Source: a virus (taxonomy: Duplodnaviria > Caudoviricetes). From it: 39,920 nt of DNA. Shown here in pieces: positions 26,813 through 37,092 of the stretch. Location of the stretch: positions 1-39,920 of IMG/VR virus record IMGVR_UViG_3300037601_000117; one strand, 5' to 3'. A program made the position numbers and the translations under genes. Numbering within the stretch: position 1 is the first letter of the stretch; each line of letters begins with the position of its first letter. The notes beneath the pieces were generated by a model. The model worked only from the letters and a program-made list of their open reading frames with translations, did not search any database and had not been told where the DNA came from.

Positions 26813-26952
26813 GGGCCGATCCGGTTCTGATGAACAAGTTCATCCTGGCGAGCCGGATCGGAATCTCCGTGCGGGAACTCGAAGACACCATGACGGCGGA
26901 GGAATTCGCCCACTGGCAAGCGTTTTTCAAGCTGATCAAGGCCCATAACTGA
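26803..26952 (+). CDS. gpT-like -1 frameshift extension of the tail chaperone
   Basis: The -1 frame reads KLRADPVLMNKFILASRIGISVRELEDTMTAEEFAHWQAFFKLIKAHN*, with its stop overlapping the tape measure ATG. Confidence 0.8.
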   Translation, partial: KKLRADPVLMNKFILASRIGISVRELEDTMTAEEFAHWQAFFKLIKAHN

Positions 26953-28745
26953 TGCTTCCAAATCTCACCTATGACCTGCTGGCTCGGGACAAGACAGGCA
27001 AGGCTTTCCGCAGCATGGGCGACAATGTCGACCAAACGGAAAAGAAGGTTGGCCGGCTCAAGTCCATGTTTTCCGGGCTTGGCGGCATGGCCGGCAAGAT
27101 CGGTGCACTGGGCGGTGTTCTTGGCGCCGCCGGGCTTGGCAAGTCGATCATGTCGACGGTGAACGCGGCTGACGAATTGTCCAAGACTGCGCAGAAGATC
27201 GGCGTTCCGATCGAGGAGTTGTCGCGGCTCAAATACGCCGCCGATCTTTCCGGTGTGTCGTTCGGCGGGTTGCAGACGGCGGTGGCCAAGCTGTCGCGCA
27301 ACATGGATGAGGCGAACACCGGAAACAAGGAATACGCCGAAGCGTTCGAGCGGCTGGGGATCAATGTCGCCGATGCAAACGGCAAACTGAAGCCTGCCTC
27401 GCAGGTGATGGCGGAAATGGCCGACCGTTTCAAGACCATGCCGGACGGTGCCGAGAAGACGGCTCTTGCAATGGATCTGATGGGTCGCTCGGGCGCGGAC
27501 ATGATTCCAATGCTCAATGGCGGCACGGAAGCGATGCAGAAGCTGATGGGCGAGGCCGGGAAATTCGGTCAGGTCTTCACACAGGAAATGGGGGCAAGCG
27601 CCGAGGCGCTGAACGACAACATGACCCGGATCAAGGGTTCGTTTGGCTCGCTGTCGGCGCAGATGACCGAAGCGCTGCTGCCCGCGCTTGAAAAGTTCTC
27701 GGCTTTTGCGGCAAATCTCGCCGGCCGGTTCAGCGAGCTTTCGCCGACTACAAAGAGTTTTGTCGCCGTTGTCGGTGGGCTTACCGTGGCGATGGCAGCG
27801 CTGGCGGTTCCGCTTTCTGCAGTTGTCATCGCTCTTGGCGCCGTCAGTGCGCCGGTGCTTGCCGTGGCGGCGGGTATCGGGCTGGCAACGGCGGCGGTGG
27901 TGGCGTTCTGGCCGGAGATAAAGGCGCTCGGACAGACTATCAAGGAGTTCAGCTCAACCGCACTTGCTTCCTTGACGCAATTTGGAAACCAGCTGGTGAG
28001 CGTGTTCACCACGCTGCCCGCTAAGATGATCGAGATCGGCGGGCAGATTCTATCCGGTCTATGGCAGGGGCTGAAAGGCAAGGCGTCCGAAGTCATAGAC
28101 GGGGCGGTGGGCATCGCCTCGGACCTGGTCGATTCGATCAAGTCGCGGCTCGGCATACAGTCGCCGTCGCGGGTGATGATGGATATTGGCAACAACATCA
28201 TGGCCGGACTGGACCAGGGCATGCAGTCGATGACTGGTTCTATCACCGGCTCGGCCGACGAGATCGGGCGCACCATCGGCGATGCCTTTTCCAAGGTGAT
28301 TGATGGATCGATGAAGGTGAAGGACGCGCTGAAACAGGTTGCCAGCCAGGTGCTGTCAATGGTTGCGAACAAGGCAATCCGCAGCCTTTTTGACGGGCTG
28401 GGTGGCGGCGGCGGGTTCTTTTCATCGCTGCTTGGCGGCCTGTTTGGCGGCTTCCGGAAGGATGGCGGACCGGTGTCTGGGGGCTCGAGCTATGTGGTTG
28501 GTGAGGACGGGCCGGAGATCTTCCGTCCGTCAAAAAGCGGCAGGATCGTCGCAAACAACGAGATCGCGGGAGGCGGTTCGCGCGACCCGGTAAATGTCTA
28601 TCAGACGTTCCAGATCCAGGGAGCGATATCTTCAAGGGATGTGCAGACAATGGTTCGGCAGGGTGCGGCAGAGGCAGTGGATACAGTCAAGCGCAACCTT
28701 GAAGAGTGGGGCGGCACACTGGCCCGTGACGGCGGTTTCGCATGA
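26952..28745 (+). CDS. Tape measure protein
   Basis: 597 aa, helical and Ala/Gly-rich; LGIQSPSRVM and GGPV..G..YVVGE.GPEIF.P motifs. Confidence 0.92.
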   Translation: MLPNLTYDLLARDKTGKAFRSMGDNVDQTEKKVGRLKSMFSGLGGMAGKIGALGGVLGAAGLGKSIMSTVNAADELSKTAQKIGVPIEELSRLKYAADLSGVSFGGLQTAVAKLSRNMDEANTGNKEYAEAFERLGINVADANGKLKPASQVMAEMADRFKTMPDGAEKTALAMDLMGRSGADMIPMLNGGTEAMQKLMGEAGKFGQVFTQEMGASAEALNDNMTRIKGSFGSLSAQMTEALLPALEKFSAFAANLAGRFSELSPTTKSFVAVVGGLTVAMAALAVPLSAVVIALGAVSAPVLAVAAGIGLATAAVVAFWPEIKALGQTIKEFSSTALASLTQFGNQLVSVFTTLPAKMIEIGGQILSGLWQGLKGKASEVIDGAVGIASDLVDSIKSRLGIQSPSRVMMDIGNNIMAGLDQGMQSMTGSITGSADEIGRTIGDAFSKVIDGSMKVKDALKQVASQVLSMVANKAIRSLFDGLGGGGGFFSSLLGGLFGGFRKDGGPVSGGSSYVVGEDGPEIFRPSKSGRIVANNEIAGGGSRDPVNVYQTFQIQGAISSRDVQTMVRQGAAEAVDTVKRNLEEWGGTLARDGGFA

Positions 28746-29449
28746 TCACCGCACCGAAAGTCTACGACTGGCCGTCGCAAATCGTTCTGTCGTCGCAATT
28801 GTTCCATGCCGGCGGTCAGATCCGTGACGGCGGCTTTACCTCCTCCGGGGCGCGGGTGGGATATCCCGAGCCCGGCGGACGTTCATTTCTGGAAATGGAG
28901 TTTCCAAGCCAGAGGCATGGTCCGACAGACACACTCATCTCGTGGCTGATGTCGCGGATTTCAAACGGTAACCTATTTCGCGTTCCGATCGGTCGGAGCG
29001 TGCAGGTTCTTTCGGACAGTGACCTGGGCCTTTCCGGCGGCGCTACGGGAGGGTTGTTATGGGCGGCCGAAGGTCTTGTTCCGGCTCGCCCATGGGACGG
29101 CGGCAACTTGTGGGCCTATGAACCCGGGGCGGTTGCGGCTGCCGCTGCGCTAGAAGGCGTGACGGAACTCAGCATCGATGTCGGATCGCTTCCGTCCACG
29201 CTGAATGCAGGGCATGTGTTTGGCATCGATGACACAGCCTATCTGGTGGATGATATCGATTGGGACGGATCGATTGCCACCATCAAGATCGATCCCCCTT
29301 TGCGCGCCGATCTTTCGGAGGATGACTTCATCACTTTTCGTCCAAAAATGATCGGCTTCGCCGTAAACCCGGAAAGCTTCAGAGCGAATTACGGCTCGGC
29401 AAGCACAATCCGGCCCGGCCCGGTGACAATGATGGAAGCTCTCCTGTGA
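28742..29449 (+). CDS. Distal tail (Dit-like) protein
   Basis: First gene after the TMP, ATGA coupling, I.PPLRA motif. Confidence 0.65.
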   Translation: MITAPKVYDWPSQIVLSSQLFHAGGQIRDGGFTSSGARVGYPEPGGRSFLEMEFPSQRHGPTDTLISWLMSRISNGNLFRVPIGRSVQVLSDSDLGLSGGATGGLLWAAEGLVPARPWDGGNLWAYEPGAVAAAAALEGVTELSIDVGSLPSTLNAGHVFGIDDTAYLVDDIDWDGSIATIKIDPPLRADLSEDDFITFRPKMIGFAVNPESFRANYGSASTIRPGPVTMMEALL

Positions 29450-30105
29450 GCCTGTTCTACGATCGCCTTGATGAGATCATCGGCGCCACCGACAGCCAGT
29501 CGGAAATCCGCGCGATGGTTCGCCAGTGCTGGTTTTTTGACTTTGACGGCTATCCGCTGCGGGTCTGGATAGGGCAGGGAAAACTCCACACTTCGGACAG
29601 CAACACCTGGCTTGGCAGTATGAATGGGAATGGTCAAAGCCTGTTGCAGCCGCCCCGGATCTCTGATGGTCGCGATGGCACGGCGCCCACTTACGATTTC
29701 AAGATACTGCTTGTCGACACGCCCGGCGCGAGGGCTCAGGAGATGTACGATGCGATCAAGGCTGAGCAATGGCGGGTAAACGAGCGCCCTCTGACCGGAT
29801 ATCACGCCCTGTTTCAGGTTGGCGAAGGTCTGCGGCCGAACACACCTCTTGAGTTCTTTAAGGAACTCACCATGCAGTCCGTGCTGTTTGATGAGAGCCT
29901 GGATATGGAGGGCACATCGATCGTGCGGCGGTACAGCGTCACCGTGATAGCCAAGGACGGAAATGCAGGACGGTCCAACGTGCCGGGAGGCACTTACAGT
30001 CCATCGGTTCAGCGGGCGCGCGCAAGGCAGCTTGGACTTGATTACGACGACAAAGGCTGTGATTTCGTGGCCTCTCTCTCCGACCGGACATATCAGATCC
30101 CATGA
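29446..30105 (+). CDS. Tail hub/baseplate protein
   Basis: FDF....RVW.G.G.L, W.G and D.GCDFV..L motifs typical of siphophage hub proteins. Confidence 0.65.
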   Translation: MSLFYDRLDEIIGATDSQSEIRAMVRQCWFFDFDGYPLRVWIGQGKLHTSDSNTWLGSMNGNGQSLLQPPRISDGRDGTAPTYDFKILLVDTPGARAQEMYDAIKAEQWRVNERPLTGYHALFQVGEGLRPNTPLEFFKELTMQSVLFDESLDMEGTSIVRRYSVTVIAKDGNAGRSNVPGGTYSPSVQRARARQLGLDYDDKGCDFVASLSDRTYQIP

Positions 30106-30542
30106 TCCGCGTGGCAAGGCCTGAGGATCTTCGTCCGATCGTGCGGCTGGCGATCCAGATATTCGAAGAGGCATTCCCGTTCGACCTCAATGAAGACCAC
30201 GCTGTCAACGCGCTGGCCATGATCATGTTCGGCAATGGCTATGTGCGAGTGGCAGAAGCGGGTGGCGAAGTGGTTGGTTTTTTGGTCGGAACCATATCGG
30301 CGAGCGGCTTCTGGTCTCAAGAACTGTGCGCAGTCGAGGCCAAGTTCGGCATTCATCCTGACTATCGCGGCGGCAAGTTGGCGAGGGCGTTCATGTGTGA
30401 TTTCGAGGCATGGGCAAAGAGCATGGGTGTCAATACCGTGGTTATGGCCTGTGAGACCGATCTCTCCGGTGATCGTGTCGGAAAATTGTATGAGCGTGGC
30501 GGGTATGTCGCGTCCGAGACAGTTTACAGGAAATCAGTCTGA
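30102..30542 (+). CDS. GNAT family acetyltransferase
   Basis: IRVARPED, VAEAGGEVVGF, IHPDYRGG (acetyl-CoA motif A) and LYERGGY. Confidence 0.85.
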   Translation: MIRVARPEDLRPIVRLAIQIFEEAFPFDLNEDHAVNALAMIMFGNGYVRVAEAGGEVVGFLVGTISASGFWSQELCAVEAKFGIHPDYRGGKLARAFMCDFEAWAKSMGVNTVVMACETDLSGDRVGKLYERGGYVASETVYRKSV

Positions 30543-32803
30543 TGAGCCGCATCAAGGCCTTTGCGCTGTCTCTGGCGCTAACGACTGCCATGTATCCGGT
30601 CGAGGCTCACGCTTTCGTGTTTACGGCGATTGTGGGTTTCGTCGGCGGTGCGTTGGCTGGCGCGGGGGTTCTGACGCCGCTTGTGTTTGCCGGTTCCATT
30701 GGCGTGGTGAATGCTGGTGTTGCTGTCGGTGCGTTTTTGGCAAGCGGGCTTGGCTCGCTTCTTCTGTCTGCGGGCGCCTCTGCGCTCCGCGCGTTTCTTG
30801 GTGGACGCCAAGGCCGCGGAGGGCAGGCGCCGTCCATTGAAGCGGCGAAGGTGAATGTCCGCATCGAGGAGCCAGAGCGGTGGCTGCACGCCGGTCTTTC
30901 GCGGTCAGGCGGCGGGGCGCTGTTTGGAGAATATGACGATGAAGGCGCTTTTTGGGCACTCTATGTCCATGGGGATGCCGAACTCGTCAACAGGGTTCAG
31001 ATCTATCTCGATGATCGCCCTGTCACGCTTGATGGCAGCAACAATGTGATCACCGACGAATTCTGCCTGGACACATCGAAGAACCAGTATTCGGGGTCAG
31101 GCACCAAGGTTCCTTATTTTAGGATTTGGACAACAACCTATACTCAATCCGATCCGGTCCCGCCTGCAATTACAGCGTTCAAAGATAAATTCTCTCAATG
31201 GGACGATGAGCATGTTTTGGCGGGCACATGCTTTTCAGTGATGCGGTGCGCCCCGCTGGAAGCTGAAAACCGATACAAGGCGTATCGGTGGCGTGGCGTT
31301 TTCAATCTCGGAGAGCCCTCGGTATCCATCGTCGGGCAATGGTCACGCTGTTACGACCCGCGCGAGGAATCGCATGACATCGACGATCCGTCGACATGGG
31401 AGTTTACGCGCAATCCCGTCCTTATCTGGGCATGGTTTCGCACGCAGCCCTATGGGCGCAACAAGCCGATGTCCTCGATCAACTGGACCAAGGTCGCAGA
31501 GCAGGCCGATGTCTGCGACCAGACGGTAACAGGCCTCGCCGGCGCGGTGCCACGCTACCAGTGCGGCATCTCGATTCCGGAGAGCAAGGAAAGGCACGTT
31601 GCCGAGGCTGAGATCCTGCTCTCGTGCGACGGGATCATCATGTTCGATTCGGAAGGCAAGGCTTACGCCAATGTCGGGTACTATCAAGCCCCGACGCTGA
31701 GGCTTACACGGTCGCGTGACATCATGGCAATGGCGAGCCGGGAATCGGTCAACGGCGAAAGCGAGACCGATGGGGTTGTTGTCCGATACATGGAACCGGA
31801 ACTTGGCTACAAGCCGCAGCCCTGCGCGGCATGGGTTAACCCGAATTATTTCGTGGAAGGCACAACACCCCGATATCTGAAGATCGATATCCTGTCATGC
31901 CAAGACCACAATCAGGCCATGCGCCTTGCCAAGGCGCTCGCGCTGCGCAGTCAATCTTTGCATCGCCTTGCTCCAACCGCCGGGCTGCGTGGGCTTAAAG
32001 CCCAGCGTGAGAGGATCATCGACCTTGTCTATGATGACACGTTTACGGGTGACTACGAGATCGCAACACCTGTTGAGGTGGATCGGAGCGGTGTGGCGGT
32101 CCAGTTCGGGTGCGTCCCGGTGGACGAAAACCGTTGGACGCTGCTCGAGGGTGAGGAAAAGCCCCGCCCCGCAATCCCGGAGCCGATCACGGAATCCGGA
32201 GATCCGGTCCTTCCATCCGGCGTCACGGTGTCGTCAGTGGCGATTGCCGGATCCGGCGGGAGCGCCGTCAGGATCGAGGCCACGTTTGATGCCTCACCCC
32301 GCCCGGATCACCGGTATGAGTTTTACTACCAGCTCGAGGGCGAGAGCAACTGGCGACCGATGGTCGTTCGAATGGATGATCAGATTGCCTATTCCGACAC
32401 GGTGCCCAACGGGACAAGCCCTGACGTCCGGTATCGCACGGTCACATCTTCAGGCAGAGCTACCGGATATGTTGACCCCGTCGTAACGGTCAACGCGGTT
32501 GCCGATACAACGGCACCAGAAGATGTGATCGCACTCAGCGCCACAGGCGGGTCCGGTGTGATCGATTTCGAATGGACCAATCCGAATAGCGCCAATTTCT
32601 TTGCAGCGCGGGTTTATCTGCATACGGCGGATGATTTCGGGGCTGCTTCCCTCATAGCGGTGGAATACGGCGCGGCAAACTCCGCCGATACATTCCAGGA
32701 AACAGGGCTGAGCGCCGGCACCTATTACGGGTGGGTGGAAGCCATCAACGGTTCCGGTGTTGCCTCTGACGAGGCCGCGACCGGAGCAATTACCGTCACC
32801 TAG
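30542..32803 (+). CDS. Central tail fiber / tail tip protein (gpJ-like) with C-terminal FnIII-like domains
   Basis: Hydrophobic N-terminus, YDPR...PSTWEFTRNP, A..CD, and beta-rich C-terminal repeats. Confidence 0.82.
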   Translation: MSRIKAFALSLALTTAMYPVEAHAFVFTAIVGFVGGALAGAGVLTPLVFAGSIGVVNAGVAVGAFLASGLGSLLLSAGASALRAFLGGRQGRGGQAPSIEAAKVNVRIEEPERWLHAGLSRSGGGALFGEYDDEGAFWALYVHGDAELVNRVQIYLDDRPVTLDGSNNVITDEFCLDTSKNQYSGSGTKVPYFRIWTTTYTQSDPVPPAITAFKDKFSQWDDEHVLAGTCFSVMRCAPLEAENRYKAYRWRGVFNLGEPSVSIVGQWSRCYDPREESHDIDDPSTWEFTRNPVLIWAWFRTQPYGRNKPMSSINWTKVAEQADVCDQTVTGLAGAVPRYQCGISIPESKERHVAEAEILLSCDGIIMFDSEGKAYANVGYYQAPTLRLTRSRDIMAMASRESVNGESETDGVVVRYMEPELGYKPQPCAAWVNPNYFVEGTTPRYLKIDILSCQDHNQAMRLAKALALRSQSLHRLAPTAGLRGLKAQRERIIDLVYDDTFTGDYEIATPVEVDRSGVAVQFGCVPVDENRWTLLEGEEKPRPAIPEPITESGDPVLPSGVTVSSVAIAGSGGSAVRIEATFDASPRPDHRYEFYYQLEGESNWRPMVVRMDDQIAYSDTVPNGTSPDVRYRTVTSSGRATGYVDPVVTVNAVADTTAPEDVIALSATGGSGVIDFEWTNPNSANFFAARVYLHTADDFGAASLIAVEYGAANSADTFQETGLSAGTYYGWVEAINGSGVASDEAATGAITVT

Positions 32804-32831
32804 ACACGCTTTCAAAATCGATGAGGCAAAC

Positions 32832-35714
32832 ATGATTCCGTCAGCAACTGCACGGTCCGCGATCCTTGGTGTCCCGCTCGACCCCAACAAGCAGCCCTCC
32901 GGGTCCAGCGTTGTCCGGGCGATCGAACAGCTCGATGCCCGCGTGATAGCAAACAGCGCCGGTGCGCTGATCAGGAACTCGGTGGCGAACCTGAGCACGT
33001 TGTCTTCTCCTGCGGCCGGCGCCATGGCCTGGGTCATCGGTGACGCCACGGTTGCAAACAACGGGGTCTATGAAAACACCGGAACATCGGGTTCCCCGAC
33101 ATGGGATCGCCGCGGGCCGCTGCCGTTCGCCTATATCAACGCCATCAATGTAGGCGCCGGCACCGCCAACGCGATACAGGTGACAACGGCGATCCCGATC
33201 CCCACAGAGGATGGTGCGGCTGAAATCCTTGTGCCAATCGTGTCTGCCAATACAAGCGCCACTGTGACCCTCGCTATCAATGGCGAAAGCCCTCTGCCGG
33301 TGAAAACGCAATCGGGCGGCAATCCTTCAATTGGCGGATTGACCGGCTTCATGAAGGTGATCAAGCTGTCCTCGACATGGCGGATGATGACCGACCAGGC
33401 CAGCGCTGCAATACAGTCTGCGGCGGAAGCCGCTGCGGATAGGGCAGAAGCGGCTGCCGACGATGCTGTCGCCGCTGCGGCGTCAATCATTTCGCTTTCC
33501 AGCTATTCGATCACAACAGCGGCAAGCGCCGCAACAAATACAACCGGGTTCGGCAACCTTGAGGCGGCCTATGCAGGTCGAAATGTGGACCTCCAGGGCG
33601 GCACCTATGCTGTGACATCCATCCCGGTCGGCAACCAGTATTTCAACGGGGCTTTCAGCGTCTCCGGCACGATCTACGTCATGCCCCGTTTGCCCTTTGG
33701 CCACCCTCTCGATGGTGGTGTCTATCACGTGCCGACGCAGGGTGGCCCACGACAGCACCCATGGGTAGGGCCTGCAGGTGTTTTCACCGATGACACAATG
33801 GTTCGATTCCTTGCTGCGGATGGAACATTTCATGAGACAGACATCGGCGGGCGCCTCTTGATGGAGGTCAGTTTTTCCGGCGGAGCATCGTGGATCAATC
33901 CGATCACGGTATACCAGTCGGATTCGTTTGAGCCGCGCGGGCTTGTCGGGGGTATGAACCAGGCGCGGACCCGCATGCTTGTCACATGGCTTGACAGTGC
34001 GGGAAGCGCCGGAAATCTGCGATATGCATTCACCACCGATGGCGAAAGCTACACCAAGGGCGCGATCGTCGGCGGCGCGTCCGTGTTCTATCCGCACGGT
34101 GATATGGTTGAGGATGCGTCGGGAAACGTCTACGTGTTCGGCGTTCGAAGCAGTACCGCCTTGTGCGTTGCAAAGGGCGTGTGGGGCGGGTCAGATTTTA
34201 CGTGGACCGTGACCACGATTGCCACGCTGGCCGGTGGCGGCGAAATCGCGGAACCCGTTGCGCTGCTCACCGTATCCGGATGGGTCATCATCGTCCGCGA
34301 CGACAACAATACGAACTCCGGAAATGCCTATGGTCTGACATGCGATCTGGATTTTTCCAATCCATCATCATTTAACGATAGCGGCATACCGCTTGGCAAG
34401 AACCCGGCCGCGGGGATCAGCGCCTGGGGACGCGGCCACTACTATCTCACCGCGCGCCGATCGACTCCGATCTATGGGTATCAGAATGTTCTGCTGCACG
34501 GCGAGGTAGACCTTGACGCGCTGTATGCGGCAGACGGTGTGTTCCCTTCGTCTGTAATCTGGCGTCCTGTTGTGCGATTGGATAATTTTGGCCTCGGCTA
34601 CACCACCATCTACCGCGAAAAAGGTGGTCGCTTTGCCGCGATGGCGATGGAAGCTGAAGCACAAGTCGGGTCTCCGAATTATGCGCCTGGCCGGATTGTC
34701 AAGATCGGAGGGCAGCCCATTTCCGCGTCGGTTCCAGCCGCCGTCGCGCAACGCAGATCGACGCCTCCCGCGCAATACGACCCCGGAATCCAGCACTGGA
34801 CCGCTTCAACCAGTATTGTTTGTGCCGCCGGCACTCTGACAAAAACATCTGATGGGCTTATGTGTTCGTCCAACACGGAAAGCATGACCGTGGCCAGGGA
34901 GGTGATCGGCGACGGTTTGCGTGATCGTCTACCTCATAAACCTTACTATGCTGCACGGTGCACATCGGCCGTTGGCGGAAGCGGTCGCTATTTTCGGAGG
35001 CGCGTCTATGGTCGCGAAGCGGTTGAGCGACTGGCGCGTCAGCCGCATCGTCTGAATTTCATCTGGTCCGGCGATCTTCCCGGATACTACCAGTTTGGAA
35101 TTGCGGTCAATTTCGGGTCTGGCGGATCGACAACGGTCACCGATGCGGTGACCGCCGCGCAGGATGAAGACACCGACAACCCGCTGATCTGGCTGTCCGA
35201 GATCTTGGCATTCGGTCCGTCCGACATGGATGGAAAGTCCTGGGGCGCACTGCCATATTTCGAAATATCGATGCTTGCGAATGATGCCGGCGCGGTTGAT
35301 GGCTATCTGTACGGGTTCTGGTCAGACACCTCGATTCATCAGATCCCGCTCGATCCCGCTGATCTCAATGCCGACCGGGCCGTGATCGACAAGCACATCA
35401 TGAAAATGCAATTTGCTGCCGATGACATGGTTTGCGTCACGAACCGGGCATCCGACGATGTCGGAATCGGCAATGTTCCGATCAGTCCGCGAATGATATC
35501 GGACCCGGTGATGAGCCTGATCGACAGCACCACCGCGGCGAGCTTCTACGTCAACTCGTCAGGCAACACGCTCAGCGATTTCAGCTTTGACGGTGTTGGG
35601 CGAAACGGGTTTCGACTGCGTGTCGAACGCACCGGCGCCTTCAGCGGCAACAGCCAGGAAATCCGGTGCGTTTCGAGCGGGACGATACTTCTCGACGCGC
35701 AGCCCGCGCCTTAA
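32832..35714 (+). CDS. Tail spike / receptor-binding protein with a sialidase-like beta-propeller
   Basis: N-terminal virion-attachment segment and AAEAAADRAEAA linker, then VDLQGGTYAVTSIP and Asp-box-like SFSGGASW and TTDGESY. Start is MIPSATA at 32832. Confidence 0.75.
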   Translation: MIPSATARSAILGVPLDPNKQPSGSSVVRAIEQLDARVIANSAGALIRNSVANLSTLSSPAAGAMAWVIGDATVANNGVYENTGTSGSPTWDRRGPLPFAYINAINVGAGTANAIQVTTAIPIPTEDGAAEILVPIVSANTSATVTLAINGESPLPVKTQSGGNPSIGGLTGFMKVIKLSSTWRMMTDQASAAIQSAAEAAADRAEAAADDAVAAAASIISLSSYSITTAASAATNTTGFGNLEAAYAGRNVDLQGGTYAVTSIPVGNQYFNGAFSVSGTIYVMPRLPFGHPLDGGVYHVPTQGGPRQHPWVGPAGVFTDDTMVRFLAADGTFHETDIGGRLLMEVSFSGGASWINPITVYQSDSFEPRGLVGGMNQARTRMLVTWLDSAGSAGNLRYAFTTDGESYTKGAIVGGASVFYPHGDMVEDASGNVYVFGVRSSTALCVAKGVWGGSDFTWTVTTIATLAGGGEIAEPVALLTVSGWVIIVRDDNNTNSGNAYGLTCDLDFSNPSSFNDSGIPLGKNPAAGISAWGRGHYYLTARRSTPIYGYQNVLLHGEVDLDALYAADGVFPSSVIWRPVVRLDNFGLGYTTIYREKGGRFAAMAMEAEAQVGSPNYAPGRIVKIGGQPISASVPAAVAQRRSTPPAQYDPGIQHWTASTSIVCAAGTLTKTSDGLMCSSNTESMTVAREVIGDGLRDRLPHKPYYAARCTSAVGGSGRYFRRRVYGREAVERLARQPHRLNFIWSGDLPGYYQFGIAVNFGSGGSTTVTDAVTAAQDEDTDNPLIWLSEILAFGPSDMDGKSWGALPYFEISMLANDAGAVDGYLYGFWSDTSIHQIPLDPADLNADRAVIDKHIMKMQFAADDMVCVTNRASDDVGIGNVPISPRMISDPVMSLIDSTTAASFYVNSSGNTLSDFSFDGVGRNGFRLRVERTGAFSGNSQEIRCVSSGTILLDAQPAP

Positions 35715-35733
35715 CCACCACAAGGACATCATC

Positions 35734-36711
35734 ATGTTTGACCGCAAGGCATTCTTTGCGGCGCTCAGGCGTCGTGGCAGCGGCGTGTTTGGCACGCGGC
35801 TTTCCCAGAAACAGGTTGAAGGCGTCGATGCAATACTCGACGAGGGCATTTCGCGCCGCACGCCGCTCAAGCACATGGCCTATATCCTGGCCACGGCCTA
35901 CCACGAGACCGGTGGCAGGATGCAGCCGATCCGGGAAAACCTGAACTATTCGGTTTCCGGGCTTCTCGAGACCTTCGGTCGGCATCGCATATCGGCTGCG
36001 GACGCGCGAAAATATGGCCGCTCCGGATCGCGCAAGGCCAACCAGGAGGCAATCGCCAACATCATCTATGGCGGGGAGTGGGGACGGGAAAATCTAGGCA
36101 ACACCGAACCCGGCGACGGGTGGCGCTTTCGGGGCGGCGGTCTGCCGCAGAACACCGGCCGGCGCAATTACACGCTCCTGGGACTTGCCGATCGGCCTGA
36201 CCTCGTCACCGATCTCAAGACCTCGGTTCGTATGATGTTCGATGCGATGGAGCAGGGCATTTACACCGGCAAGCGGCTCGACGATTACACCGATTTCCTG
36301 TCGATGCGCAGGATCATCAACGGAACCGACAAGGCGGAAAAGATCGCGGCCGAGGCCGAAGCATTCCAGGCGGCACTGCGCGCAAGCAACTGGGGGCTCT
36401 ATCCGGTGCAGACGCCGCTGCAGGCGCCGGAGACGAAGCGTATACCGAAAGAGGTGGAGGAGGTGGTCGAGGATGCCGCGGCCGACAACCGGGTTTCGAT
36501 GACCGAGGTGGGCGCCGCGTGCTCGGGGATCGCCGGTACCGCGACTGCGGTCAATGAAGCTGCCGAGGCGGCGAAGGAAACCGGCGTGACGCTTTTGGGC
36601 ATGGGTCCGTGGGTGCTGGTGGCGCTGCTCGCCGCCGGGTTCGCTGGCTACGTGATCTTGGAGCGGCGCCGAAAGAAGAAGCAGGCCCGCGCTGCAAAGG
36701 CAGTGATGTGA
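35734..36711 (+). CDS. Endolysin, GH19 chitinase-like, with a C-terminal transmembrane helix
   Basis: ATAYHETG, ENLNYS, GDGWRFRG.G..Q.TGR.NY and RRIING motifs. Start is MFDRKAFF after AAGGA. Confidence 0.88.
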   Translation: MFDRKAFFAALRRRGSGVFGTRLSQKQVEGVDAILDEGISRRTPLKHMAYILATAYHETGGRMQPIRENLNYSVSGLLETFGRHRISAADARKYGRSGSRKANQEAIANIIYGGEWGRENLGNTEPGDGWRFRGGGLPQNTGRRNYTLLGLADRPDLVTDLKTSVRMMFDAMEQGIYTGKRLDDYTDFLSMRRIINGTDKAEKIAAEAEAFQAALRASNWGLYPVQTPLQAPETKRIPKEVEEVVEDAAADNRVSMTEVGAACSGIAGTATAVNEAAEAAKETGVTLLGMGPWVLVALLAAGFAGYVILERRRKKKQARAAKAVM

Positions 36712-37001
36712 TGGGCGTGCTCGACATGATTCCGGGAGTTTCCAGGCTGAAACTCCGGCTGATTGCCTGTGCTGCGTTCGCGGTCGCCGGATTGATCATC
36801 GCCGGTCTGATCTATCGGGCCGGTCAGACATCCACTCAAATCGACAAACTCAAAGACACGGTGAAAGCCCATGAGACCAGCGACAGAATCAGCTCCGAAG
36901 TCGATGAAATGGGCCTTGTTGCTCGCTGTCTTGAGCTTGGCGGGATGCCAGACAAATGCGACGAACTGCGCGGGCTGGACCCCGCCGCCTCGCGTCAATG
37001 A
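36711..37001 (+). CDS. Inner-membrane spanin (Rz-like)
   Basis: N-terminal TM helix, coiled periplasmic part with Cys residues, overlapping a lipoprotein gene. Confidence 0.7.
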   Translation: MGVLDMIPGVSRLKLRLIACAAFAVAGLIIAGLIYRAGQTSTQIDKLKDTVKAHETSDRISSEVDEMGLVARCLELGGMPDKCDELRGLDPAASRQ

Positions 37002-37092
37002 CCCTGCCTCGCTTGTGGTCACGGAAGGTCCGCTTGCGGCCTGGACGATCAAGACCGACCGGTTCGGCAAGGCGCAGGGGTGCTGGAAATGA
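36904..37092 (+). CDS. Outer-membrane lipoprotein spanin (Rz1-like)
   Basis: MKWALLLAVLSLAG-C lipobox, Pro-rich, starts inside the Rz-like gene in another frame. Confidence 0.75.
   Translation: MKWALLLAVLSLAGCQTNATNCAGWTPPPRVNDPASLVVTEGPLAAWTIKTDRFGKAQGCWK

Noticed and set aside
30542-35714. Diversity-generating retroelement or invertible tail-fiber cassette
   Set aside because: No reverse transcriptase, template/variable repeat pair or inverted crossover sites were seen around the fiber genes.
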